From positions 32,082,774 to 32,146,773 of the forward strand of contig NC_092385.1 of the NCBI RefSeq assembly GCF_030028105.1: a DNA stretch of 64,000 nucleotides, given 5' to 3'. The notes beneath the pieces were generated by a model. That model did no database searches. It was given only the letters and a program-made list of their open reading frames with translations, and was not told the DNA's origin. Position 1 is the stretch's first letter; each line of letters begins with the position of its first letter. Of this stretch, positions 50,206-62,940 are shown piece by piece. A program made the translations under genes and the position numbers. The DNA comes from Mobula birostris (taxonomy: Eukaryota).

Positions 50206-53134
50206 AAGCCTGCCCCTTTTCATCTTCAAGATAATTCTTGGAACCCAGCTTTGTATTGTCTTTTGGGTTTAGTTTGTGCTTTAAAAAGTCCTGGTTGCAG
50301 GGCAGACCCTGGTAAGAGAGGGATGCAAATTAAAAGCTTGAAAGAAAAACACAAATGTGAGGGCATTTAGTGTCTGTTAACATTCATTATATTGCGCTGA
50401 GATCTGAACGGCTGATCAGTCAAGATATAGGAGGACACTCCCATGAAAATGTGTCTCATAATCTGGGGAAAAGTCCATGATAAGTAATACAATTGCAAAC
50501 CAACACTTGGGAATCTTGTACACATAACATAAATCGTCATTTAGAATTAGCTGTGAACATGCAGCAGACTCTCATATGCCAACTCATGAATTAGCCCATT
50601 GCTCCTTTTTTGCAATTACAATTACATACACCCACCCAAAAGCATCATGTTTTTCTCCAAATGATTTTCAAATTAAGGTCCAAAGCATCTTGAACTGCTT
50701 TGTAGAGGAAGTAAATCTGTTTAAATGTAATCCAACAACATTGACCAAGAAAACCTAATTTGATTCCACGATGCTGCTGATGCAGTAAAGTAAATGCCTT
50801 CATTGATTTACTTACAGTATTATGACTCCCTGCACCAGCTTTATACGGTGACCTTCTATCATTTGCCCAGCTAACTGACAGGGCTTACAGATTCTAGGAA
50901 TGACCACTTTGTGCCGTGTCTCCATGCTATGTAGATGTCATGTAAAGGAAAATGAGAAATTATTCACCATGCAACTATGGGTGCATCATTTCAAATGCTA
51001 CTGTCCCCCACAAAGTAAGAAAATTGTGAAATGCCTGTTTGCTTAATTGGGCCATGTGGAGTTGCTCCTTATGAAGACTCATTATCAGCATAGTAACAAA
51101 CAACCTTGGATGACTGATCTCTTGTTTCACATTTCTATCACAATCGTCCTGAGCCAATTACAAATGAACCTGTAGAAATGCTTCCGGAGGCAAAATGCCA
51201 GCAGTAGTAAAAATAAATTAAACGGATGGTGCTGGCTTCTCTGAGGCTGATGTTTGCAACAGAAACATCATTAACCTGAAAGGGCCTCAGCTATGGTGCG
51301 AGTATGATGAGGCTGTGCAGATCAGTGCTGATAGGAACAAACAATCAGAAACAGAATAGGAAAATCGCAATTACAAGATCATGAATCCTTCATTAGAGCT
51401 GTCTCTTCCCAAAGCTCCTTGGAGGAGACATAATCAGCTTTGAACTCAAAAAAAAAACATTTCATATCAAAAAAGCAATTCCGCAGCCATAGCAGAGACT
51501 CAGGTTCTAATCCTATCCATCGCTTTTGACAATTGTGAAATACTTGTAATACATACCAAGCATAAATGCAAACCCAGAAAACAGAGCTTCTATGAAAATT
51601 ACTGGCTACATATAGTTTGTGTAAACTACAGGCTGCCATCTGCCAAATCCATGTTCAATGTTTGGTCACCACGGTCTAACCACATCTAAAACCGCTAGGC
51701 CTAAAGGACCAAAAGTAAGCACCCCCAATTAGTTTTGCAAATAAAACAATAGACCAATGGTAGATGAGGTTGACTGTTTCCATAGGCCAACCTGTTCCTC
51801 ATCCACCACCTTCTCAAACAGTTCACACCACTGTCTCTCTTTCTGCTTATCCAAACTTCGTCCAGATTTATTGCCAGTGAAATGATCAGTTGGTGGTGCT
51901 GGACTGCTGACTGCAGAGATAATTGTACAGCTCTGCCTGAGAGCTAAACAGCAGCATCACCCACTTTTTAGTGTGTGTAATATTTCAGTTTTCAACAGAT
52001 ACAGCCTCATCTTAAGTCAAGGACAGGTTACTTTGTTTTTTTAAAATGTGGTCCATGCCTATCCTATCTGAAGAAATGCAAGAAAATGTAAAACGAAGTA
52101 ATGGAATGGAAAGCAAATACTTTCCCAGTCCCAACATAATTCATTTAATCATTCATTAATTTTAATCGTTTAACATCCCTCAACTGTACCATTGTTGTGG
52201 ACTCCTTTTCATGCAACACTGCACATTACTGATGCCCAAGTACTGAAGCCGAGTTCATATTAGCTTAACTTGATATTAGATTATTTCTTTTTATATTCAT
52301 TCATGAAATTTGATGATCACTGGCCAAGCCTGATTTCCTGAGGGAGATCGGTATTAATCCACTTTCCTGAATTGCTGAAGCCCATTTGATTCAGGAATTG
52401 AAAGACCTAAGCCAACTCTCAGTTTGCTACTAAATCACTCTGTGCTCTCAGCAGCAACTGACAGGCCCACAAACATGATGTTTCATCTCCATAAAAACGA
52501 AAATCCCAGATTAAGCAATGTCACGTCAAGGTCGTCTCATCCACACTTAACACTCCCAGAAAAAAATACAGGACAAAGATCAAAAAAGGTATAAAATTTT
52601 AATTTCGCAATTCAGTTTTTATTTTTCATTCAATGTAACACAGATTAGTATAACTTGCTGAGTCCAATGTTCCCTCAAATTTGTGATGACCAGTGTGCAC
52701 AAAAATCTTGTGTTGTGCAATTGTTTACCCAGTAACATGTGCACACTGAATAATTTCTTCAATAAAAACTTTATAAATAAGCCAGTTCTGAAATCTGCAG
52801 ACAAGTCATCACAAGCTCCACGTTTTCATCACTGTTCGCATCAGAAACTGTAGAGAGAAATGTGCATACACCTTAGATGGAGCATTGATGAGCAGTGAAT
52901 CTGTTTGCACTGCTTTTTGATAAAATCCCTTTGGTCTTCCTCATCCAAGTACAACACTGCTATCTCTTGCCAAAACATTGCTAATATATAGGTTGGTACT
53001 CTTCTCCAACATAACAACATTGAACAACTAACAGCTATGGACTTCAAGGCGACTGTCTACACCAACTGCTCAGATCCAGGCTGTAAACAGGTCATCAGTT
53101 GCTTACTCTTACAAAACCATATCTCAATTTCATG

Positions 53135-53897
53135 TCAAGGCTGAGCCTTTATAAGGCATTGGTCAGACTGCACTTCGAGTATTGTGAGCAGTTTTGGTCC
53201 CCTTATTCAAGAAGGGATGTGCTGACATTGGAGAGGATCCAAGGGGGAGGTTTTTGAGAATGCTCCTAGGAATGAAAGGGTTAAAGTATGAGGAAGATTA
53301 AATTGCTCTGGGCCTGTACTCACTGGAGTTTAGCGGAATGATGGGAGATCTCATTGAAATCTACAAAAATATTAATAGAGTGGACTTGGAGATGATGTTT
53401 CAAATAGTGAGGGAGTCTAGGACTGGAAGAGATTACCTCAGAATAGAAGGGCATTCCTTCAGAACAGAGGTGAGCAGGAATGTCTTTAGCCAAAGGGATT
53501 CATTACCATCAACTTTGGAGGCTAAACCCTTGGGTACATTTAAAACAGAGGTTGATACGTCCTTTTAAAAACGCAAACACGAGGAAATCTGCAGATGCTG
53601 GAATTTCAAGCAACACACATAAAAATTGCTGGTGAACGCAGCAGGCCAGGCAGCATCTATAGGAAGAGGTACAGGCGACTACCTCTTCCTATAGATGCTG
53701 CCCTGGCCTGCTGAATTCACCAGCAATTTTTATGTGTGTTGCTTGATATGTCCTTGATTAGTAAGGGCATCAAAGGTTATGAAGAGAAGGCAGAAGAGTG
53801 GATATGAGAGGGAAATTAAATTACCCGTGATTGAATGGCAGAGTAGACTCTGTAGGCTGAATGGCATAATACTGTTCTTTTGCCTTGTGGTCTAATG
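53135..53897 (+). mobile_element. CR1-clade LINE 3' fragment (host of the PLE hairpin)
   Basis: LYKALVRLHFEYCEQFWSP and GDLIEIYK; the 3' UTR resumes after 53755. Confidence 0.88.
53565..53746. mobile_element. Fold-back mini Penelope-like insert (hairpin)
   Basis: Arms 53606-53671 and 53680-53746 are near-perfect reverse complements with an 8-nt loop; TSD TTGATA(C/T)GTCCTT at 53552-53564 and 53743-53755. Confidence 0.9.
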
Positions 53898-54139
53898 GTC
53901 AAAAAGCTCTTTACAGCTTTATCATAATTTCAGCTGACAGCTGTCAATGGGGGCATGTATTTAGCACAAAGTGTTTCCTATTCTCAGCTCAGGTCATGTA
54001 AAGCCCTTGGCAAGGAGGAGTTAAGAGAATCCCAAAGGATTCTATACCTACGTAAAGAGCTAGAGGACAGGACCACTCAAAGATCAAATGGAAAAAGTTT
54101 GCTTGGATGGGGTGGATGTGGGCGAGGTCCTAAATCAAT

Positions 54140-54650
54140 ACACAGCTCTGTTCGCCCCATTATTGGAAGGACGCTGAGGCTTTGGAGATGGTGCAGAAGA
54201 CGTAAACCAGGATGTTGCCTGGAGTAGAGGATATATGCTATAATGAGAGGTAGAATAAACTTGGATTGCATTCTCTGGAGAAGTGGAGATCTACTAAATG
54301 AGAGAGACAGAGTAGTCAGAGAGTATCTTATTCTCTGGATTTAAATACTTAATATCAGAGGACATTCATTTAAGGTGTGAGGGGGTAATTTAAAAGGAGA
54401 TGTGAGGGAGAAGTTTTATTTTTACACAGAGAGTTGTAGGGCCCTGGAATGTGTTGCTTGGGGTGGTGGTAAAGATACATTAAGGATTTTTAATAGATGT
54501 TTGGATAGACGCATAAATATGAGGGAAATGAAGGATATGGAAACAGTGTAGACAGAAGGGATTCGTTCAATTGGATATTTGATTACTAATTTAACTGGTT
54601 TGGCACAATATTCTGGGCCAAAGGGCCTGTACTGGTCTATGCTCTTGTTC
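54140..54650 (+). mobile_element. CR1-clade LINE 3' fragment
   Basis: GGATGTTGCCTGGA..TTTTACACAGAGAGTTGTAGG..CTGGAATG..GGGCCAAAGGGCCTGT. Confidence 0.8.
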
Positions 54651-55014
54651 TTGAACTTCTGAATACTTTCCCTGAGGCTCTGATAGTCAGTAGGTTTGGC
54701 TACTACTGCATGAAGGCATTAACTGCCAGTTGAAATAACCTCCTAGATTTTTGCTACCATTGTGCTGTTAAACAAATACATATTTAAACATCATGGGCTC
54801 ACCTCAGTTAACGCTATCACAGAACATCTCCTCAATCTAATGTAAATCCACTGCCTATTCTATATCAATGAGCACAGGAAATGATTAAGATGGTCAAAAA
54901 TAAAGTGGTTTTTCAGCATCAGAGAGAATACTGTAATGGCCTCATTTCCCTCCCACTGAGCACCGTAGTATGCAGCAGAAACATATGCATGGCAAAACAG
55001 ATAAAAATGGAAAA

Positions 55015-55560
55015 AATAAAACACAAGAGATTTGGCAGATGCTGGAAATCTTGAGTCTCGCACACAAAATGATGGAGAAACTCAGCAACTCTCTGGAGGG
55101 AAATACACAGGAAGTGTCTTGGGGCCAAAACTCTTCATCAGTACTGGAAAGGAAGGGAGAAGAAACCAGAATAAGGTGGAGGAGGGAGGGGAAGCTGTAC
55201 AAGTTGACAGGTGATAGGTGAGACCAGGTGTAGGTGGGCGGGGGTGACATGAGAAGTTGAGAGTGATAGGTGGAAAAGATAGAGGGCAGAAGAAGAACAA
55301 ATCTAATAGGTGAGGACAATGGACCATGCAATAAAGTGGAGGAGATGTGCAACCAGAGGCTGGTGATGGGCAGGTCATGCGGGTGGGGAAGGGGTGGGCT
55401 CAGAGGTGGAACTTCTCCATCTTCCCACACCACCTGGTTTCACCTATCACCTACCAGCCTTCCCATTCCCCCACATTCTTATTCTGGCTTCTGCCTCCTT
55501 CCTTTCCAGGCCTGACGAAGAGTCTCGATGTGAAATGTCAGCCACTTTATTTCCCTCCCA
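55015..55560. mobile_element. PLE pLTR pair in inverted orientation
   Basis: ~55015-55405 on the minus strand (decayed hammerhead at 55112-55144) abuts ~55405-55560 on the plus strand, which contains CTGACGA..GAAA-T-GTC at 55512-55539. Confidence 0.8.
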
Positions 55561-56460
55561 AGACAGAAAGTTATACCTTTTCTGTTTTACAAATGTTGGT
55601 CAGAAGGTACTACAGTCTGCAAATCAGTGAATATGAATGAATCAAGGAAGCAAATGAACCAATTGCCTTTGTTTCTGCCATGGAGGAGGAGATGCAGGCT
55701 GACATTTTATGAAGAGATCGTGTTTGACATTTTGTGAGTCAGTTGCTTGACTTGATCAGTGTTCTAAAGAAGACACAATGATGCCTCAGGTAATTTGCTG
55801 AACTAGGGACATTTTCCAAATAAGAAGTTATTTGTGAGACGTCTTTTGGTTGGACATAACAACCAGGCCTTTGACCATCTATTCTGTATGAATCAAGCTG
55901 GTGGCTGATTGAGAACAAAAAGCCAAAATTACCAATTGTCACATGCTGGGAAGAGGGCAACAAATGGAGGTGCACCTGGAGCAAGGCCAATAAAAAGGTG
56001 TTAAAGGTCATTGATCTTCAGCCTTCAACGAAACTAGAATGCAATATTTGAATTGGTAAATGAATATAAAATCTGGCAGTGGTAACTCTGTGAGATCAAC
56101 TTTCATGGATGTGAGATGCCCCACGGACATGTAAAGATTTGAAACAGGGAACATGTGGCCAGCAGCAGAAACTCCTTTCTAACTGGTCTTATACTTTCCG
56201 TTCTTTGGCTGTTCATGGAAGGTCAGGAAAACTTAGTAGGTGTGCATGCAGCTACTCATTGTGCAGGTTCACATGTTCTTCCGTTGAGACAATAAAGGTA
56301 CTTGTCAGTAAATACAGATCTCTCTGTGCCTCCCTAATCATTACTACAAGCCGTGATTCTTGTAACACAATCAAAAGATTTAAAAATTAAGCATAAGCTG
56401 GTGAAATGGGAATATGAAATACATTAGAAACACCAGATCATTGGCAAAGTAATCCAACTA

Positions 56461-56688
56461 TGGAGTTTGTACCTTCTGCCCATGACCACATTGGTTTCTC
56501 CAGGTCCTCCAGTTTCCTCTGACTTTCCAAAGATGTACGGTTAGTGAGTTTGTGCATGCTATGTTGGGAGCTGGAAGCGTAGCGACACTTGCGATCTAAC
56601 CAGCACAACCCTCGTGGAGTTGATTTGACGCAACCAACATATTTCACTGCATGTTTCAATATACATGTGACAAATAAAGCTAATCTTT
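56461..56688 (+). mobile_element. V-SINE, 5'-truncated, with a Rex-like tail
   Basis: V-domain GGAGTTTGTACCTTCT.CCCATGACC..GGTTTC.CCAGGT.CTCCAGTTTCCTC..TCCAAAGATGTACGGTTAG; tail ACATGTGACAAATAAAGC. Confidence 0.75.
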
Positions 56689-57456
56689 ACAGGAATGCAG
56701 CAAAATCCTTACAATTGTCAATGCAGTAGAAAGGCTCTGAGACATTGTTTCCTCAGTATAGTAGTCTGGCTGTACTGTATTTTCTGCTGTCCTTGCTGAT
56801 TTGTGTGGAACATTTCGATCAACAATGACTAAATGAAGCTGATCTTCAGCAAGAACAGTAGAACTATTCTAACATGCCTCCAATTATCAACTTGTTTTTA
56901 TACGAACAGGAATTTCTATAGAGGGAGCACATATAATGACAGGGTTTGTCTAGCCAATTAACTCACTATCGTCTGCCCTCACAGAGTCACAGTCACCCGG
57001 GCCACATCTGGATGCCTGACAGCTCGGGAGTGAGAAATGCCCTACTGGCAATCCCTGAGGCCACGTCCTGGAATACAATGGCTGTCTCCTCCATCAGGAA
57101 ACAAGAGTGAGGGTGGACCTCATTGCTCATCAAAGCTGTCACGCCTCAGTAAAAATGTTTTAAATGCTTAACATTTGGAAATATTTGAAAGCAATTATGA
57201 TCCCCGTAAGTAATTTCAAAAATTAAAAAAATTATTCATCAAAAGCATTCAAATCCAAAATGAAAACACTAAACAAGTAACGCCTGTATCCTCCTGTTTC
57301 TCAAGCCAGGAATCAACTGCCGATTCTAAGCCCAATATATTTGTCAAACATAGGAAGTCAAGCTTCTATTGATATAAGTGATCACCAGCAGAATATCATA
57401 AGATTATATGGATTATATGTCTTAGAAAGAAGCCATTGGCCCAAATCAGCCCAGTT

Positions 57457-57704
57457 CATAGTCATAGTCATACCATAGTGATTCTGGGGGCAAATTGGTT
57501 TTCGTTACAGTTGCACTATAAATAATAAATAGTAATAAAACCATAAATAGTTAAATAGTAATATGTAAATTATGCCAGGAAATAAGTCCAGGACCAGCCT
57601 ATTGGCTCAAGGTGTCTGACCCTCCAAGGGAGGAGTTGTAAAGTTTGATGGCCACAAGCAGGAATGACTTCCTATGACGCTCTGTGTTGTATCTCGGTGG
57701 AATG
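57457..57704 (-). mobile_element. Rex1/Babar-type 3' fragment (same family as 48727-49080)
   Basis: Reverse complement of ~48825-49075 with a (GTCATA)n tail. Confidence 0.85.
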
Positions 57705-57889
57705 ATTCAATATTCATGCTTCACTTGCCTTCATCCAAATCAATCAAACCTTTCTTCATCTAAATCATTAATACATCCTTCTCTTGCCTGCTTCCTCCTT
57801 ATGCATGTCTCACCTCCTCTTAATGCATCTGCGCTATTTGACTCAGACACACCTTGTCCTTGTGAAATTAACATCCTCGTCATTCTGGT

Positions 57890-58190
57890 AAGGAAGCTGC
57901 ATCCAAGTGCCTGAATGGATTTCTTGATGACTATTTTATGCCAATGGCCTTTGCTTTGCTCCTCTGCAAAAATGGAAATGCTTTCGCTGTGTTCACACTA
58001 TGAAAATCAGATATCACGTTCAAGGATCTTCAGCATTCGTTTCTCAGAGAAAAAGAACTCTGTTCATCCTGGCTTGATGTGCATATAGTATTTTCAGTTC
58101 TGGTAACATTCTGATGAATTTTCTCTGCAACCTCTCTACAGCCTCAAAATCCTCATTATAATAGTGACTAGCACAGTACCTAGATGTACT
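57890..58190 (-). mobile_element. Old CR1 fragment
   Basis: EAVERLQRKFIRMLPEL. Confidence 0.6.
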
Positions 58191-58630
58191 TGGTTGCTGA
58201 AAACTAACGTGCTTCCTCCCTTCTCCACTTCTGACTAAAGTTTTCAGACTTGAAACGGTCAAATAAGGCAAACGTGGAAAGGGAAACAGTCTTAGTATTT
58301 TGCACTTGAAATGCTTACTTGGTTTCTCTTTCTACTGATGCTGTCCAACCTTCACCAGCACGTTCTGTATTTACAAACACAACATTCAGCTCTCATTTTG
58401 CACACAAGACTACCTTCAAATGGCTACTTAGCATAAACAAACTTCAGGTAGTGAGGAGGAGCAGCAGGCTTTGTTGGTGGGACAACAGTAGATGACTGCA
58501 GTACATATGCATGTAGTTTGGCAGCAGTCTGGTCGGTTTTCATGATTGCAGTAAAGAGGTTGTGGCGATAGTTGGAAGGGAAGGGATAGTTGTTTTTGAG
58601 GTGTCTGAGGGTCTGGCAGATGAGTGGAAG

Positions 58631-59207
58631 CATAGAACCATAGAAACTACAGCACAGAAACAGGCCTTTTGGCCCTTCTTGGCTGTGCCGAACCATTTTC
58701 TGCCTAGTCCCACTGACCTGCACACGGACCATATCCCTCCATACACCTCCCATCCATGTATCTGTTCAATTTATTCTTAAATGTTAAAAAAGAACCCACA
58801 TTTACCACCTCGTCTGGCAGCTCATTCCATATTCCCACCACCCTCTGTGTGAAGAAGCCCCCCCCCTAATGTTCCCTTTAAATTTTTCCCCCCTCACCCT
58901 TAACCCATGTCCTCTGGTTTTTTTCTCCCCTTGCCTCAGTGGAGAAAGCCTGCTTGCATTCACTCTATCTATAACTATCATAATTTTATATACCTCTATC
59001 AAATCTCCCCTCGTTCTTCTACGCTCCAGGGAATAAAGTCCTAACCTATTCAACCTTTCTCTGTAACTGAGTTTCTCAAGTCCTGGCAACATCCTTGTAA
59101 ACCTTCTCTGCACTCTTTCAACCTTATTAGTATCCTTCCTGTAATTTGGTGACCAAAACTGAACACAATACTCCAGATTCAGCCTCACCAATGCCTTATA
59201 CAACCTC
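58631..59207 (-). mobile_element. CR1-clade LINE 3' fragment
   Basis: LRLYKALVRLNLEYCVQFWSP..RGDLIEVYK; tail CATAGAACCATAGAAAC. Confidence 0.92.
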
Positions 59208-60450
59208 AGTAGGAATTTTGTCTGGAAGGAACACATGATAAATCAAAGCAGAATTATCTGCATCACAAGGAGTATATTGGTTTATAAAATGTAAGTCAAA
59301 GCATATAACTTTTATAAAAATCCCCTGTGTTAGCTTTAAGAAGTTTAAGAGTGGAAGAATATCCCCACCAACAGAGAAACATCACAGCTCACTTGAATCA
59401 ATGGCTGCAGTCTTTCTGTTAGCTCAGTGCTGAACAAAATCTGAAATGATGTAGTCTTTTGGGTTTTGCTACGTTTTGGGTAGCATGCTTTTAGTAAGCA
59501 TTTGAACATTAACAACCTCTCTCTACTCTTGTCCTTTCTTAGCAGACAATGAGCTTTGAATTTAAATCCCCCTTTTAAGGAGGATGTGACCAAGGTCAAA
59601 GTCAAAGTAGGCACACCATTGTTTTATCCACAATACACTGGGGAAATGAGAGATTCTCTATCTCATTTCTGAAACAAACACCATTTTTTTTAAACCATTC
59701 ACAATGAAACTCATCCACAACACCTGTGATGAATCCATAAATCTATCATACTTTGACAACTTTAGTAGCAATTGTTGAAAAGAATCAGATTATTGAGATT
59801 TCACTTCAGAATATACACAAGATTATAAAGGAAACCCTTGCCACTGTATCCTAATTTTTTGCATCGCTCAGTGAATAAAATAAACACAAAAACTATGACC
59901 ACATGAGGGTGCTCTATCCTAATGGATTGTGTGCAATGTATACAGTGCTCATAATTACTTGGTCCATTCACTGAATATACGTTTTACAGAAATGTAGAAG
60001 GAACTACATTTCATGTCAAAAGACCAAAACTTTGGATCACTTCATACCCCTTTTTTTTCAGTTCTCTGAAAATGCAAGTCAACTGAACAGTAAGTAAATT
60101 ACATTCGCAACTATTCCCAGGTTGACTCATGTCAGTGGGCCAACACAATGAGGTACTAAACTGTAATGCGTCACCCTTACCCCCCAAATATGTTTTCTGC
60201 ATCGAGGGATCATGTGGTCGTAGTCCATTCAGCACTCCCTTTAGAGTTCATTGGGAAAGCATGGACCATGTTTTCCTGGGAATAGCTGTTCCCAGAATGA
60301 CAGGCTTAAAAACAAAACACTAAACTGCAAGAAAAAGATTTATTTTTATCTACAAGCTGTGTGCCAACAGACCTCTCTCATCATTAACCCAAACTCAAGC
60401 CCTTCACCCCCACCCTCCCCTTCTGCCATTCTATCCATCATAATCTACAT

Positions 60451-60530
60451 CAGGGGTTCCCAACCTTTTTATGCCACAGACCAATGCCATTATGAAAGGG
60501 GTTCATGGATCCCCAAGTTGAGAACTCCTG
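60451..60530. mobile_element. 80-bp hAT (Charlie-type) MITE
   Basis: TIRs CAGGGGTTCCCAAC / GTTGAGAACTCCTG; 8-bp TSD ATCTACAT (60443-60450) / CTCTACAT (60531-60538). Confidence 0.8.
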
Positions 60531-61729
60531 CTCTACATCCTCTTCATTTCCAAATCCTACCCTCGCAATTTCATCAACTTCATCCAGACACTCTACAACT
60601 GCTAGGCTGAATGTTACCTTACCCTTCCTCTCACCCCAGCTACCTTTGCCCACCAACCCCCAAACGTTCAAACACAAAACAAACTGCATCAGTGCCCTCC
60701 TGAAACTGCCATTTTTCTAATCCAAGTGTCCTCCTCCCCCCCCACCCACCCCCCAAACCCTCACACCTAAATCACCTTGGTCAGAGGCTCAACTGGACTT
60801 GTAGACAACATCCACAACCTATATGTGGAAGTAGATAAATGTCAGTGTCTTGTGACCATCACAAACAAAGCTTTATCTCTCATGGAACAACAATTTAAAC
60901 TATCTCTATTCTTTCATTTCCATACAGCCATTGACTCCTGGAAATCTTCTGGATGCTCTAAACGTTATCTTAAGTGTGGGATGATGCCTTAGGTTACCTG
61001 CCAGACATAAGGCAAGAAGCCAGCAGGAAAGGGGATTTATATATCAACCGATACGTTACAGGCTATGACAACGATGCTGTAACCTATCAACACATAAAAT
61101 TGCTTCTGCATATCCTGGTTATATCAACCCATTTCAATTGGAGTTACTATCATAACTAGAGCAGAAGCACTGAACAGCTACAGAAGGAAGGATACCATTT
61201 CACCCTGAGTCCAAGCCCGAGAAGCAGAATATAATAAGTACCCTGGATAACCCTGCTCCCTTTTGCTCTCCCCAGTCCCTTACAAATTCTTTATTTTCAT
61301 CTATTTATACAGCTCTCTTTCAAAAACTACAATTTAATCTGCTTTGTTACTACTCATGGTTGTCCACTCATGGACAACAAACTATATGAACATTTTCGGT
61401 TACTGCTACTATTGGCTCTTTTCCAAGACAGCTATATTTTCTCTCCCCTGGCTTTTGATATCTCCACAAATGGAAGTAGTATCTCTATCTATACCCTTCA
61501 AGATTTTAAGTACATTCCATTCCATGCTGGCATTCTGTAGTAAAAAGTACACCTGGCACTAATTCTGTCCCTGATTATTTTTTCTAGAACTTACCACATC
61601 ACTAAGGTTGAAAGTACTAATCTGTTATTATTAAGTTTACCCCTTCAGCAAGCACGTAACACTTAACAATTCTCCCTCAGACTCCATTCCTGAATCTTTC
61701 AATGTTTGGAAGATTAGTGCCAAGACTTT

Positions 61730-62940
61730 TTGAAAGGCCTTGATAGAGTGGACGTGAGAAGGATATTTTCATTAGTGGAAGAGTCTATAGGCCACAGCCT
61801 CAGAATAGAAGGACATAGAAACATAGAAAACCTACAGCAGAATACAGGCCCTTCGGCCCACAAAGCTGTAGCAAACTTGGCCTTACCTTAGAACTACCTA
61901 GGGTTACACATAGCCCTCTATTTTTCTATGCTCCCTGTACCCATCCAGGAGTCTCTTAAAAGGCCCTATCATTTCTGCCTCCACCACCACTGCTGGCAGC
62001 CCATTCCACGCACTCACCACTCTCTGCATAAAAAACCTAGCCCTGACATCTCCTCTGTACCTATTTCCAAGCACCTTAAAACTAAGCCCTCTTGTGCTAG
62101 CCATTTCAGCCCTGGGGAAAAGCCTCTGACTGTCCACACGATCAATGCCTCTCATTATCTTGTACACCTCTATCAGGTCACCTCTCACCTTCCGTCGCTC
62201 CAAGGAGAAAAGGCCGAGTTCACTCAACCTATTCTCAGAAGGTAATATCCTTGTCAATCTCCTTTGCACCCTTTCTATGGTTTCCACGTCCTTCCTGTAG
62301 TGAGGTGACCAGAACTGAGCACAGTACTCCAAGTAGGGTCTGACCAGGGTCCTATAGAGCTGCAACATTACCTCTCAGCTCTTAAACTCAATCCCACGAT
62401 TGATGGAGGCCAATGCACCGTATGCTTTCTTAGCCACAGAGTCAATCTGCGCACCAACTTTGAGTGTCCTGTGGACTCGGACCCCAAGATCCCTCTAATC
62501 TTCCACACTGCCAAGAGTCTTGCCATTAATGCTATATTCTGCCATCACATTTGACCTACCAAAATGAACCACACCACACTTATCTAGGTTGAACTCCATC
62601 TGCCACTTCTCAGCCCAGTTTTGCATCCTATCAATGTCCCGCTGTAACTTCTGACAGCCCTCCACATTATCCACAACACCCCCAACCTTTGTGTCTAAAG
62701 GGACGTCCATTTAGAGTGGCAAACCTCTGGAATTCATTGCCACAGACAGCTGTAGAGGCCAAGTCACTGGGTATATTTCAAGAGGAAGTTGACAGGTTCT
62801 TGATTTATAAAAGCATCAAAGGGTACAGGGAGAAGGTGAGAGAATGGGGCTGAAAGGAAAAGTAAACCAGTCACAATCAAATAGAGCAGATTCGATGGGC
62901 TGAATGGCCTAATTCTGCTCCTACATCTTACGGTTTTAGT
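61730..62940 (+). mobile_element. CR1 3' fragment interrupted by an opposite-strand CR1
   Basis: TGAAAGGCCTTGATAGAGTGGACGTG..CAGAATAGAAGGAC, resuming with GTCCATTTAGA at 62705. Confidence 0.8.
61815..62695 (-). mobile_element. CR1-clade LINE 3' fragment nested in CR1
   Basis: DTKVGG..LQRDIDRMQNWAEKWQMEFN and LYRTLVRPYLEYCAQFWSP; imperfect TSD TAGAAGGAC/TAAAGGGAC. Confidence 0.92.

Noticed and set aside
56960-57150. GC-richer island with splice-like sites on both strands
   Set aside because: No recognisable peptide, and strand and frame are ambiguous.
59393-59440. 48-nt in-frame exon candidate (ILFSTELTERLQPLIQ, minus strand)
   Set aside because: Poor pyrimidine tract and no recognised homolog.
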